Below, one piece after another: positions 40,487 through 52,966 of a DNA stretch of 64,000 nucleotides (position 1 is the stretch's first letter; each line of letters opens with the position of its first letter). The stretch is from Eledone cirrhosa (lineage: Eukaryota). The stretch spans positions 223,758,001 through 223,822,000 of the forward strand of contig OZ024740.1 of the NCBI GenBank assembly GCA_964016885.1. The letters are read 5' to 3'. Position numbers and translations under genes: made by a program. Under the pieces are notes generated by a model, which saw only the letters and a program-made list of their open reading frames with translations, ran no database searches and had not been told where the DNA came from.

Positions 40487-42719
40487 CATCATCATCATCA
40501 TCATCGTTTAACGTCCATCTTCCACGCTTCCATGGATTTGGACGGGAGTTTTCCCAATTGAGGCAAGAGTGGTTGTCTGGTTCTGGCTCGCATAGGACTG
40601 TCTGGCGGGTTTTCTATGGCTGGATGCCCTTCCTAACACCAACTACGTTTACAGTGTTGACTGGGAGGTTTTTATCGTGTTACCTACACGGCCACATTAC
40701 AGCGTGGACTGTGTGATTTTTTGTCGTGACACCTACACGACCTCATTTGTTTCGAACTGGATGTTGTGGTACCAACATAACTTTACATTGAAAGCGGTGG
40801 TGTGGATGGAGTGGGGATATTGGGACGGGGTGTATTTTTGTTAGAGGTGCCTACTGACTGTAGTAGGTTTCACTTTGTACTTAGGTATGGCGGGTCTTCT
40901 GTATTACTGTGTAGCGCCAAAGATCTCGGTTCAGTGACATTGTCTTGGAGAAGTGTAACTGTGTGAGGTCGGAATTTATCAAGTCGTCCCAGGTTTTTCT
41001 GGGTCTGCCTACTCCGTGGCTACCGTCTATTTTTATTGCCCTGCACTTTTTTATACAGCTGTCGTCTTTCATGCGCATCACGTGATCATACCAACGAAGT
41101 CTTCTCTCGAGTAAGCAACATCTGATCCCTCTTATTTCTAATTTTTCCCTTAGTTCGTTTATGCTTCGCCGTTCACGTATATTACTATTACACATCCAGC
41201 GGAGCATGCAAGCTTCGTTCCTCTCCAGTCTGCATATATCCTCTGCACACAATGCCCACGTCTCACTGCCATGTAACATTGTTGTTCGTATGCAGGCATC
41301 ATACAGCCTGCCTTTCATTTTTAGAGAGAACCCTTTAGTGGCTAATAGTGGTGTAAGCTCTCTGAACTTTTTCCATCCAGTTCTGACTCTAGTTACTGTA
41401 GTTTCAGAGCACCCTCCACCCCTGCTGATTTTGTCACCCAAGTAACGGAAGGTGTCCACTATTTCTATAGAACCATCTGCGCAATGGAATTAGCTAGTAT
41501 TTTGTGGGCACTTGCTGCTACTTATTGCACCAGAGCACCGGCCACTTTTAAAATCTATGTTCTTAGTTAGCTTACCTGTGATCCCACTACATCTTTTATG
41601 CACCCATACTTTGCATTTGGGACACAGAATGAAGTTTCTACCTATTCCTTTCCTACACACTGAACATGGCCATTTCCAGGATGGGATCGGTGCACTATTT
41701 TCCTTCATACAAACTAGAACTTTAGTTTTAGACAGGTTAATTTTAAGGCCTTTTGATTCTAGGCCATGCTTCCATGTCTTGAACTCCACTGTTATAGCCT
41801 GAAGGGCAATAATGAATAGTAGGGGTCTAAGAACGGAGCCCTGATGAACACCAGCCTTTACGCTAAACTCTTCACTATATTCGTTGTTAATTCTAACCTT
41901 GCTGACTGTTTCTTTATACATGGCTTGTATAGCTCTCACAAGCCATTCACCAACACCTAGTTTTCTAAGAGCCCACCAGATAATGGAACGGGGGACTCTG
42001 TCAAAGGCTTTCTCCAAATCGACAAAAGCTAAGTATAGCGGTTTACTTTTAGCTAGGTACTTCTCCTGTAGTTGTCGTACAATGAAAGGAGCGTCTGTGG
42101 TACTTTTACCTGACACAAACCCGAACTGCATTTCATCTAGATCAATTCGCTCTCTGATTAGTTGCGCTATTACTTTTTCTGTGACCTGGTCGATTAATTT
42201 AATGCCTCTATAGTTATCCCTATTTACGGCATCTCCTTTACCCTTGTAGCAGTTAATGATGATGCTGCTACGTCGGTCCTTCGGAACAACCCCATTCTGT
42301 ATGATTTGGTTTACTATCCGGGTGACCATGGTGTGTCCCACCGTTCCAGAAGCTTTCAGCATTTCAGCAACTATTTCCGAAGGCCCAGCCACCTTACCCG
42401 TCTTCATATCTGTGATTGCCTTACTTATTATACTACCTTCGACTAACACTGCTGGTTCCTCTATTGGATCGATGTGGGGGAGACTGTCTTTCTCCCATTT
42501 ATTCTCCTCATTTAGTAGCCTTTCGTAGTGACACTTCCAAGCTACCTTCTTATCAGTGTCAGTGATGGCAAGTACGCCATCATCATTAAGGACACACTTC
42601 TCCCCGACAATATCACGGTTTTCCTTGACACATTGCCTAGCAATCGTGAACACGTCACGTTTTTGGTCCCCGCGTTGTAGAACATGCTTGAACTTTCTTT
42701 CCTCTGCTTCCCTTCTTGC

Positions 42720-42721
<2 letters not shown>
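40486..42721 (-). mobile_element. RTE-clade LINE (PHD-finger family), RT region to 3' UTR; catalytic YADD segment deleted
   Basis: KGKGD...NYRGIKL...MQFGF...FVDLEKAFDRVPR...GVHQGSVL; EFKT joins directly to WKHGLE, lacking the CPWELLYADDL segment seen in the 47 kb copy. Confidence 0.9.
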
Positions 42722-42772
<51 letters not shown>

Positions 42773-43042
42773 AAATTAAGAGAAATTAAATGAATTTAAT
42801 CTAAATCAAAATTATGGGTGTCATGCCAGAAAGACATGCGCCATATCACCCGGAAAATAAGGTCTAAGATTCTAACGAGTAGGTCCGAGCATTTTATAAT
42901 AACTAGAAATTGATTAACATATATATAAACATGAATAATCACAAGAGATAATTTTTACAATTGTGTAACCACACATAGCTAGGTGGGTAACTAAATAAAG
43001 TTGACCAGAACTTCAAAAGTAGATACCTTATAATCTGATTTA

Positions 43043-43137
43043 TCTTACCTGTATATATTCCATTAAAGAAATATATTTCACCAATTAATCGGATGGTAAA
43101 CCACGGAAGTGGAGATTTGGATTTTCAACAAGGAAGA
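43043..43137 (-). ncRNA. Hammerhead ribozyme, U3-A8 core variant (inverted copy)
   Basis: Reverse complement of 44657-44751, with one stem I mismatch. Confidence 0.65.
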
Positions 43138-43548
43138 AATTTCTAACGATCCGTGTTTACACAACAAGTTCAAATCTGCGACTGGCCATCACCACGTGTA
43201 GTATTTACTAGAAATACACACATCATAGTAACTTTGTGATTATTCATGTTTATATAAAAACAAATAACGAAACGAAATTAAATTTCACTTCGTTTGTAAC
43301 TCACTTTTGTATGACTGACGCTTAAACAATTAAGTTAAAAAATGTACATCCACATATGTATACTGAAATACTAGTATGCATATGAATACACACACGTGTA
43401 CATATGTAGATGTACCGAGTTTTTCACTGGACACTTTACTGTGAGTGTTCAGCTAGTCTGTATGTAAACACACAGACAAACCGGTTTTTAGAGTCATACT
43501 GGTTTTCGAGGAAACACCTTTCCTCTATTCTCCAGAAAGCCAGACAGG

Positions 43549-43593
43549 AATATTGGACTAGTTTCGATGTTGTTACATCTCATCAGCAATATT
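43549..43593 (-). ncRNA. Minimal type I hammerhead ribozyme
   Basis: Reverse complement of 44032-44076. Confidence 0.85.
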
Positions 43594-44031
43594 TACCTAT
43601 CCTCCGGCCTTTCTAGAGAATCGTAAAAGCACATATCGTTATATGCTTTTTCTATGAAAATTAGTAGTGGGCAGACTAATTTGCATAGCGCGTGAGTACG
43701 TACCGGTTCAGCGGAGACGATAAAAACAAATAACGAAACGAAATTAAATTTCGCTTCGTTTGTAACTCACTTTTGTATGACTGACGCTTAAACAATTAAG
43801 TTAAAAAATGTACATCCACATATGTATACTGAAATACTAGTATGCATATGAATACACACACGTGTACATATGTAGATGTACCGAGTTTTTCACTGGACAC
43901 TTTACTGTGAGTGTTCAGCTAGTCTGTATGTAAACACACAGACAAACCGGTTTTTAGAGTCATACTGGTTTTCGAGGAAACACCTTTCCTCTATTCTCCA
44001 GCGATTCTCTAGAAAGGCCGGAGGATAGGTA

Positions 44032-44076
44032 AATATTGCTGATGAGATGTAACAACATCGAAACTAGTCCAATATT
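44032..44076 (+). ncRNA. Minimal type I hammerhead ribozyme
   Basis: AATATTG|CTGATGA|GATGT-aaca-ACATC|GAA|ACTAGT|C|CAATATT: 7-bp stem I, 5-bp stem II, palindromic stem III, GUC triplet. Confidence 0.88.
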
Positions 44077-44656
44077 CCTGTCTGGCTTTCTGTAGAATAG
44101 AGGAAAGGTGTTTCCTCGAAAACCAGTATGACTCTAAAAACCGGTTTGTCTGTGTGTTTACATACAGACTAGCTGAACACTCACAGTAAAGTGTCCAGTG
44201 AAAAACTCGGTACATCTACATATGTACACGTGTGTGTATTCATATGCATACTAGTATTTCAGTATACATATGTGGATGTACATTTTTTAACCATGTTTAT
44301 ATATATGTTAATCAATTTCTAGTTATTATAAAATGCTCGGACCTACTCGTTAGAATCTTAGAGCTTATTTTCCGGGTGATATGGCGCATGTCTTTCTGGC
44401 ATGACACCCACAATTTTGATTTAGATTAAATTCATTTAATTTATCTTATTTCTGGATATAGATATATAAATACGGCTCCTTAATTGTAGAGCTAACTCTG
44501 TTGAAAGGACTCGACTGCTGTTTCTAGTTGTCGATAACCCTATTCACGCCACTGGGACGAAGCTACTATGATGTGTGTATTTCTAGTAAATACTACACGT
44601 GGTGATGGCCAGTCGCAGATTTGAACTTGTTGTGTAAACACGGATCGCTGGAAATT

Positions 44657-44751
44657 TCTTCCTTGTTGAAAATCCAAATCTCCACTTCCGTGGTTTACCA
44701 TCCGATTAATTGGTGAAATATATTTCTTTAATGGAATATATACAGGGAAGA
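44657..44751 (+). ncRNA. Hammerhead ribozyme, U3-A8 core variant
   Basis: TCTTCCTTG|TTGAAAA|TCCAA...TTGGT|GAA|ATATATTTC-tttaat-GGAATATAT|A|CAGGGAAGA: 9-bp stem I and 9-bp stem III. Confidence 0.7.
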
Positions 44752-44892
44752 TAAATCAGATTATAAGGTATCTATTTTTGAAGTTCTGGTCAACTTTATT
44801 TAGTTACCTACCTAGCTATGTGTGGTTACACACTTGTAAAAAGTATCTCCTGCGATTATTCATGTTTATATATATGTTAATCCATTTCTAGT

Positions 44893-44958
<66 letters not shown>

Positions 44959-45216
44959 GTGTATATATATATATATATATATATACGTATATATTATATA
45001 TATTCAGTAAGAAATATACATATACAGATACACTTGCATACATATCCTAGAGGATGTTTTCTGAATTCCATTTTTTTGTGTTGCAAACTGACTCTTTCTC
45101 TATTAGAGAGAATTAAAAAAAATGAAAATCAGAAAAGCCTACATATATATACATATATGCATACATGCATTTGTATACATATGATATATACATAAATAAA
45201 TTCATACACACACATA

Positions 45217-45268
<52 letters not shown>

Positions 45269-45356
45269 GGAAAAATTTGAACAGGGACAAAACAGAGAGG
45301 CAGTACAACGAATGTTTATTAATTTCACGCTCTGGAGAGTGGGGTGTTGGTGGGGG

Positions 45357-45388
45357 ACGACGTTTCGGGCATAAGCCCTACCTCAGGT
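45357..45388 (-). ncRNA. Degenerate minimal Penelope-type hammerhead in a short (TA)n-flanked remnant (~45267-45450)
   Basis: Minus strand AC|CTGAGGT|A-GGGC-ttat-GCCC|GAAACGTC|GT, with AATAAA downstream. Confidence 0.5.
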
Positions 45389-45992
45389 GAGAAGTGTGTG
45401 GGAACAGAGTTCAAAGGGTGTGTAGGGGAGTGGTGGAGAGACATAGAGCGAAATATATATATATATATACAGAGAGAGAGCAATTGAGAGAAAGAGAAAC
45501 ACAAACTGATGAATATACATGCACATAGGCATATACAAATATCAATGTTGTATATCACTTTTAAAGTAGGCAATAATCTGTAGAATATGTCAGAACCATA
45601 GCATTCTAATCAATCAAAGCATTATATTTAAATATTCAAATGAAATTAGCTCATAAATCTACATGGTCGACAGTAGAGTGTGCAGTGAGGGAAGCATAGA
45701 AATGGAAAGAAAAAGATTGAGTTGAAAAATATTAACTTGACAAATACAAATATGTTTTCTTCTATAATTTTAACTATATTATTTTTTAAAAAGTACTTAG
45801 ATAACTGTATTCACACGATGCAGGCTAATACAGAAGATATGCTGCAATATATACATATACATACAAACATACAGATACATTCATATATATATACATATAT
45901 ATATATTATTATATAAAGTACCAGTAATGCACTGGGTGATTGCTGGCCTTGTGCCTAAAGTAGACACAATTATATATACATATAAATATGTT

Positions 45993-46025
<33 letters not shown>

Positions 46026-46051
46026 GTATGTATATATGTACATATATATAT

Positions 46052-47370
46052 ATCATCATCATCATCATCATTTTATGTCCTCTTTTCCTTGCTTGCAAGG
46101 GTGGGACAGGTCCTATTCAGCACAACATCTCTCCACTTGTCATGGTTCTTCGACATCTCCTCTGTGAGCTTCAGCGATCTGAGGTCGCTCTCACCACCTC
46201 TGCCCATGTTTTTCGTGGTCTTCCTCTACTGTGTCTTCCTTTTACTGCAATTTCTTGGCACTTCGTTACCCAGCGGTCATCCTCCATGTGCATCAATGTC
46301 CATACCATCTCAGACTTCTCTCCTGCACACCACAACTTATACTTCTTATACCCAGTTTCTTTTTAAACTCATCTATGCTTGGTCGTTCATGCACATTGAC
46401 ATTGCACATCCAACGGAGCATGCTTGCTTCATTTCTCTCCAGTCGTCGCTTATCCTCTGCAGTTGCTGCCCATGTCTCACTACCATGCAACATCGCACAT
46501 CTCACACAGGCATCATATAACCAGCCTTTCATACACAGGGAGAAACCCTTCTTTGTCAACAAAGGAAGCAGCTCCCTAAACTTCTTCCAACCCATCCTTA
46601 TTCTAGATACTATGGCCTCAGAACACCTGTCTCCCATGCTAATCTGATCACCTAGGTACCGGAAGCGATCAACCATTTCTATAGAACCCACCTGCATTTG
46701 AAAAATGTGTCTATCAATGCGATTACTACTGTCAACTTTCCCTGTACATCTACTGCATACGTAGTTTTCCCTAACTGTTAGTTTGCCTGCTATCCCACTA
46801 CATCTATTGTGTACCCAAGATCTGCATTGCGTACATTTTATAGAATTTATGCCAGTTCCTTTCCTACATATCGAACATGGCCATTTCCCTGATGGAATCG
46901 GAGTTTTGTCCTCTTTTCTACTTATCAATACTTTTGATAAGTAGAAGTATGTTCACTTTCAGTCCTTTTGCTTCTAACTGCTGTTTCCATAGCCAGAATT
47001 TATTCTCTAGCTCCTCTACTGATTCTGCTATAAGAACCAGATCATCAGCATAGAGAAGTTCCCATGGGCAGCCAGTCTTAAACCCCTATGTTCTGGCTTG
47101 GAGGACTATAATGAGCAAGAGCTGGCTAAGGACCGAACCCTGATGTACTCCTACTTGTATCTAGAATTCCTCACTAAACTCCATTCCTATTCTCACTTTA
47201 CTGACAGCACCTCTTTACATAGCTTGCATTGTCCTCACAAGCCAGTTTCTCTACACCTAGTTTCCTTAGGGACCACCAGATGACAGATCGGGGAACCCTA
47301 TCAAAGGCCTTCTCTAAATCAACAAAAGTTAAGTATAGTGGCTGATTCTTCTCTAAGAACCTTTCTTGTA
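46052..47370 (-). mobile_element. RTE LINE fragment (PHD-finger family) retaining CPWELLYADDL
   Basis: WPCSICRKG...CTQCRSWVHNRCSG...CSRC; FRYLGD; LHGSETW; YADD codons at ~47040-47070; (CAT)n tail. Confidence 0.85.
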
Positions 47371-47749
47371 GCGATCATCTAACAGCTTTTATTTATTTTT
47401 ATCCACCTGATCACCTTCATGTATTCTTTAATGTTACTTCTCCATTCTCTCTTTAGTCTTCTTCACTTATGGAATTTTACTTCATGATTCCTTTATTTCT
47501 TCCATTTACCCTTTTGTGGCATTATATCCAACCCACATCCATTTAGTTTTTGCTATTTCGTAAAGTATTTCCATTTGCAGAGTCATTTGACAAGAGGTAG
47601 AATACTTTAAAATATTCATTCCAACTCTCTGTATTTTGAGTTCAAATCCTAACAAGGTCAACTCTGCTATTCATGTACCAGTTTAGTACTGGGGTTGATT
47701 AATCTATACCTCTTTCCCATTTATCTATTGTTCTCTCTCTCTTCATCTC

Positions 47750-48215
47750 CATCATTACCATCATTGTTCATTCGTCTGTTTTTCCATGCTTGTATGGGTT
47801 GGACTAGTCCTTCTCAGTACAGCATCTCTCCACGTGCTGCATTCCTTAGTTGTCTCCTCTGTGAGTCTCAGCAATTTCAGATCAGATCTCACCACCTCTG
47901 CCCAGGTTTTCTTTGTCTATTCCTACTGCAGTTTCCTTCCACTGGGATTTTCTGGCATTTCTTCACCCAACAATCTTCATCCATTTTCAGCACATGTCTA
48001 TATCAGTGCTACAGCCTTCTCTACTTCACACCACCTTGGATTCCTCTTAAATGTAGCTTCTCTCTCAGCTTGTCTCTGTCTTTCTTTCACACTTACATTG
48101 CATATCCAGTGAAGCATGGTTGCTACATTTCATTCCATGCTACACATCTTCATCAGTCACAGCCCATGTTGCACTATCATGTAGCATCACACTTCACACA
48201 CTGGCTTCATACAAT
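47750..48215 (-). mobile_element. Old RTE 3' fragment
   Basis: Similar to 46052-46520. Confidence 0.55.
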
Positions 48216-49092
48216 TATTAAGCTGGGTTCAAACCTGTAGGGGATGGGTTCTGCCAGGTTTAAAATACCCAAAATATGCTATACAGGTCCTTACATATAA
48301 AGTATATCCCTAACTGCTGCCTTCCTTCTTATCTTTTCACAAACTTCAATGAGGAATTCACCACTTTTTTTCCATGATATAGTGCATTGGTTTAAATTTT
48401 GTTTCCATCCCCTGGTTTACCTTCCATAAAATAATCTTACAGTCCCATTGATGACCTGTAATTAAGTTTTCTAATTACTCATGTTTTTTCTGCATTTGTG
48501 GAGCTTAGTCTCTCAAGATTGATACAGAGGTAATTAGTTGTATAAGCAATTTCTTCAATAGTTAAAGGTTTAAATCTGAAATTATAGCTTGAGTGGAGAT
48601 TTTGCATTATGTATCATCTACTGGACATCTGATTTCTGTTCCTTTAAACACTTTCTTTGTCACCAAGCAATAGTTTGGATCTGTTCTTACATTTTGCAAA
48701 AGCTTTTGACAGGAACATTCTTATAGAATTCTATCATATTATAGATTAGTTTCCTTCCTCATCAACATGTATGTGTTCATAGGTATGTATATATGCATGT
48801 GTATATGTGTATGTATATGCATATGTGTATTTATATCAATGCATATATGCATATCTATACCTGGAGAAAGGATGGGCTCCACTAAGCTTAAAATACCCAA
48901 GCTACACTGCATTTCACTATAGTACCCCTACAACTATACCTAGATTTATGGGTCCATACACACATATATATTTGTGAAAGCATGCATATGCACATAGTCA
49001 TTCTTTTACAAGGATGTGGCTGGTTACTCACAAAAAAAAACATTTCATCAATGGAATTTAGATAACAAAGATAGAAAGGATGTATATGTTTA

Positions 49093-49275
49093 ATTGTTTC
49101 TACGTTAGGCACAAGGCCAGTAATTACCCAGTGCATTACTGGTACTTTATTTTATCGACCTCATAAGGATGAAAGGCAAAGTCAACCTTGGCAGGATTTG
49201 AACTCAGATCGTAAAGGGACGTAACTATGCTGGAAAGCATGGCGTCCAACCCTCTACCGATACTGCCAATCCACC
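49093..49275 (-). mobile_element. Meta-like tRNA SINE
   Basis: Reverse copy of the 6817-6996 family. Confidence 0.8.
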
Positions 49276-50494
49276 GTTTGTATGTATATGTTTAATGTTA
49301 GGAATATCTTATAAAATGTTATTGTTCAGATTACAGGCAGATTTTACCAGTAATTCAAAGGTTTAGCTTTGTTACATATTGCGTCATGTTGATTCAGCTT
49401 GGGAATTACATTAAGGCTATATGTGTCTGTGGAATACTCAACCACTTACACGTTAAGTAACAAGCTGGCATTTAGATGATCAAATGATTAAATGCTTATC
49501 ATTGAAACTGTTTGAAAATGTATCATAATTTTATTAATCTAGATGTATATGTGTATTTTAATCTGCATATATATATATATGTGTATTTTGAATTAAGTTA
49601 AAAGAACTCCCTGAGTTAACACCTTATGACAAATATTTTCTTTCTCTTGAGGCAGCCATTACGTTTACAAATTAGATTTTCAGCTCAATTATTTCTTGAT
49701 TTTCTGAGGGTATGATTTTGAGGAGTAAGGGTTATTATTCATAAGAATACTGTATGATTTTCAATAAAACAAATTAGTTTCTTGGAATGGTGACAGGGAT
49801 ATATTTTCTAATATTTGTAATATTTAATCTCTGTCGAGAAACTATGTATCTGTGAGGAGGGTTTTTGAAAGATTATTCTTATTAAAATGCCAGAAGCACA
49901 AATAATGTTTCAGTGAGATTTGCTTTTGTGAAAAGGTAGCACATACTACCAAAAGTCATTCTGCTTATGCATATTTAATAAATAACTACTTTGAAATAGG
50001 GTTAATTTGTTATAAATAATTGTTAATGCAATAATAATGATAATAATAATATTACTAAAATTGATAATGTATGTACAACAATCTGATAATTCTACCAACC
50101 TAAATAACAATAATAATAATATTAATTATAATGATGCTGCTGATGATATCAATATTAATGTCGCCGATGATGACAATATAATTATTTCTGCTATATGTAA
50201 CACTACCATGTCTAGACATGATAATAACATTAACGATATAAGAAGTAGACATATCTCGATATGCAATTAATTGCTGAAGGTTATATGATATTGGAAATAT
50301 TGCCAAAAGTTGACTATTACAAATGGTAGACATGGAAGGAAATTTTTATGTAACTGCAAGCAGTAATAGTGCTGGTGATGGCTTGATTCAGCACAGTTAA
50401 GGTTATCAATTTATATTCGGCAAAAGAAAGTTATTAATAGTGAATATGTCTATTGGAGGAAATATTTCTTAGACAAGACTGGGCAAATATATAC

Positions 50495-50529
<35 letters not shown>

Positions 50530-50676
50530 CGTGCGTGTGTGTGTGGGGGGGGGGATGTATGTATGCATGCATGCATATGTATATATATATACATATATGT
50601 ATATAGGTAGGTATGTAGGTATGTATGCATGCATACATAAATATATATATATATATATATATATGCATGCATGTAT

Positions 50677-50748
<72 letters not shown>

Positions 50749-51423
50749 CTAATGCTGTAAATATATTCATGATTTCATACAGAAACACACAGTGAAACAT
50801 TTGCCATATGTGTGTATGTTTCCTCATTCAATTATATATATATAACTACATCTCCACACTCCCATGCCTCTCTCTCAAAGTTATCTCAAATCAGTGACAA
50901 GTCACTTTAGATGTAAAATAATTGCTTGGGATATTTCCCTGCACTTTTCAATATATTTAATGTATTTAATCGAAATTATTGCTTAAGAAATTCTCTAATC
51001 CTAATATATTTATTACACACTTTATAATTCTTCTAAAAATATCTATTTTATGTCTTATGTTTTTATTTACATAATTTATCTTCATGTTTTAGCAAGGAGC
51101 ATGCTTGTTGTTGTTGTTTTCATAAGATGAAATTGCCCCATTGTATAAATATTCCTATGTTTTTATTATTTATGTGACTGTATTAACTCTCCCCTACCTT
51201 GTGACTCACTCTATGGTTACAAGGTTACATAATGTAATCTTTGGCTACTCATGAATAAGGAAATAGCAAATGCTTCCAAAGTTCTATGTTAATACATATT
51301 TTCACACATGGATACAAACACACAAACACACACATACATACATAGAAACCTACACACTCAAATATCCTTCCATGCCCACACACACTTATATATTGCATCC
51401 CATAATTAGTAGTATTCATAGGA

Positions 51424-51645
51424 CGGTGGATTGGCAGTATCGATAGGGGGTCGGACGCCATGCTTTGCAGCATAGAGTTACGGTCCTTTATGCTTTATGA
51501 TCTGAGTTCAAATCCCGCCGAGGTTAACTTTGCTTTTCATCCTTACGGGGTTGATAAAATTAAGTACCAGTCACGCACTGGGATCGACTTTATCGACTTT
51601 CCCCTCCCCCCAAAATTGCTGGCTTTGTGCCTATATAAGAAACCA
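51424..51645 (+). mobile_element. Meta-like tRNA SINE (long-tail variant)
   Basis: Family head, B-box and Meta-like domain, plus the extra segment also seen at 18694-18740. Confidence 0.8.
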
Positions 51646-52916
51646 TTATTAGTAGTATTCATACAATCGTTTCAATGTTACATAATATATTACAACTTAT
51701 TATTTATCAAATAATCAGTAGTAGAATAAATGTCATGGTGCATATTGTATGCTTCGGTAGAACAAATATCACCAAGGACCAAATTAATAACCTTAACTGT
51801 GTGTTGTAAATCCCTATGTATCCAATTTAGAATCGATACACCATACACCTGAGTGTCAGGAATAACAACTAAAAGGGTTGGTATTGGAAAAGGAATCCAG
51901 CTGTGATACATTGCGTCAAAATATCCCGTCAAGCCTATGCCAGCATAGAAAAGTCGATGTAAATGTGATACTGATGTTGATGAACTTATCTTCATCATAT
52001 ATTTGCACTTTTCTACTGACATATAATGCATATGGATGCAGATTGCTGGGTAGAGTTTCAAGTGGAAAGGAGCCTCAAAAGTGGAAGATGCAGAATGGTA
52101 TGGGTAGTAGTGGTGAAAACTGACTTCAAGACAACTGCACCTCACAAAAGCGATAACATAGGAAAGCAACCAGTGGAGAGACAATGAGCTGGAAATGACT
52201 CATGTAACACATGCAAAAATAAGATATCGATATAAAATTGATGATGATATTATAGGAAGAAAATATCCTTTTTGTATAAATATTGCAATGGTTTTCTCAC
52301 TTATGTGACTGAAATTCTTTTCGTTTACCTTGTGACTCATACTTCGGTTACAAAGTTATATAATGTAATCTTTCACTGCTCATGATTAAGTAAACAGAAA
52401 ATGCTTCCATAGTTCTGTGTTAATACAGAACTTCAATAAATCAAGTGGAATTGAAATGAATGCTTTAAAAATAGTATAATGACACTTCAGTTTTCATGTG
52501 TGAAATTAGTTTTAAACTTAGACACACATTTAGAGCTGATCTTTATTCGATGTAGTTGGATAACTTTAGTCTGAAGTTACATCTTTGTGAATGACAATTT
52601 ATATTTAAATTACATTTCCACTTTTATCTGTTTTATCCTCATCCTTCTCATTCTCATTCCCTACCCCTCTAAATCATCAATATCATGATCCTCATCATCT
52701 TGATCCACTTCATTATGATCCACATCTTCCTAATCATCATCGTTGCCATTATCATCGTTATCAACATTAACTCCATCAATAATATCAGCTGAGAAGATGG
52801 AGCAACGTTAAATAAAGTTTCTTGCTGAAGGACACAACTCACAATCTGGTTTGGAAATTGATCTCATAACATTATGATTGTGAGCCGAGTGCCCAAACCG
52901 TTAAGTTATAAACATT

Positions 52917-52966
<50 letters not shown>

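Larger units (their letters stand above)
43256..44291 (-). mobile_element. HHR element Q (466-nt unit): ~1.6 tandem copies plus inverted partial copy, nested in P
   Basis: 43254-43535 is repeated at 43720-44001; 44002-44291 is the reverse complement of 43334-43623; flanking duplication CATGTTTATAT at 43245-43255 and 44292-44302. Confidence 0.8.
42771..44897 (+). mobile_element. HHR element P (569-nt unit): inverted partial copy (42771-43234) plus ~1.1 sense copy, interrupted by element Q
   Basis: Terminal repeat CATGTTTATATATATGTTAAT.ATTTCTAGTTATTATA at 44292 and 44861; the inverted copy spans the unit junction; (TA)n on both flanks. Confidence 0.75.

Noticed and set aside
43679-43686. Octamer ATTTGCAT in element Q (ATGCTAAT in the 654-nt unit) as an snRNA-type promoter
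   Set aside because: 8-mers are expected by chance in AT-rich DNA; no PSE identified
43410-44215. Identical 68-aa ORF on both strands
   Set aside because: By-product of the inverted duplication in element Q; antisense to the HHR and no recognisable domain
48230-48770. Possible CR1-type LINE 3' remnant on the minus strand
   Set aside because: Too degenerate to read diagnostic motifs by eye
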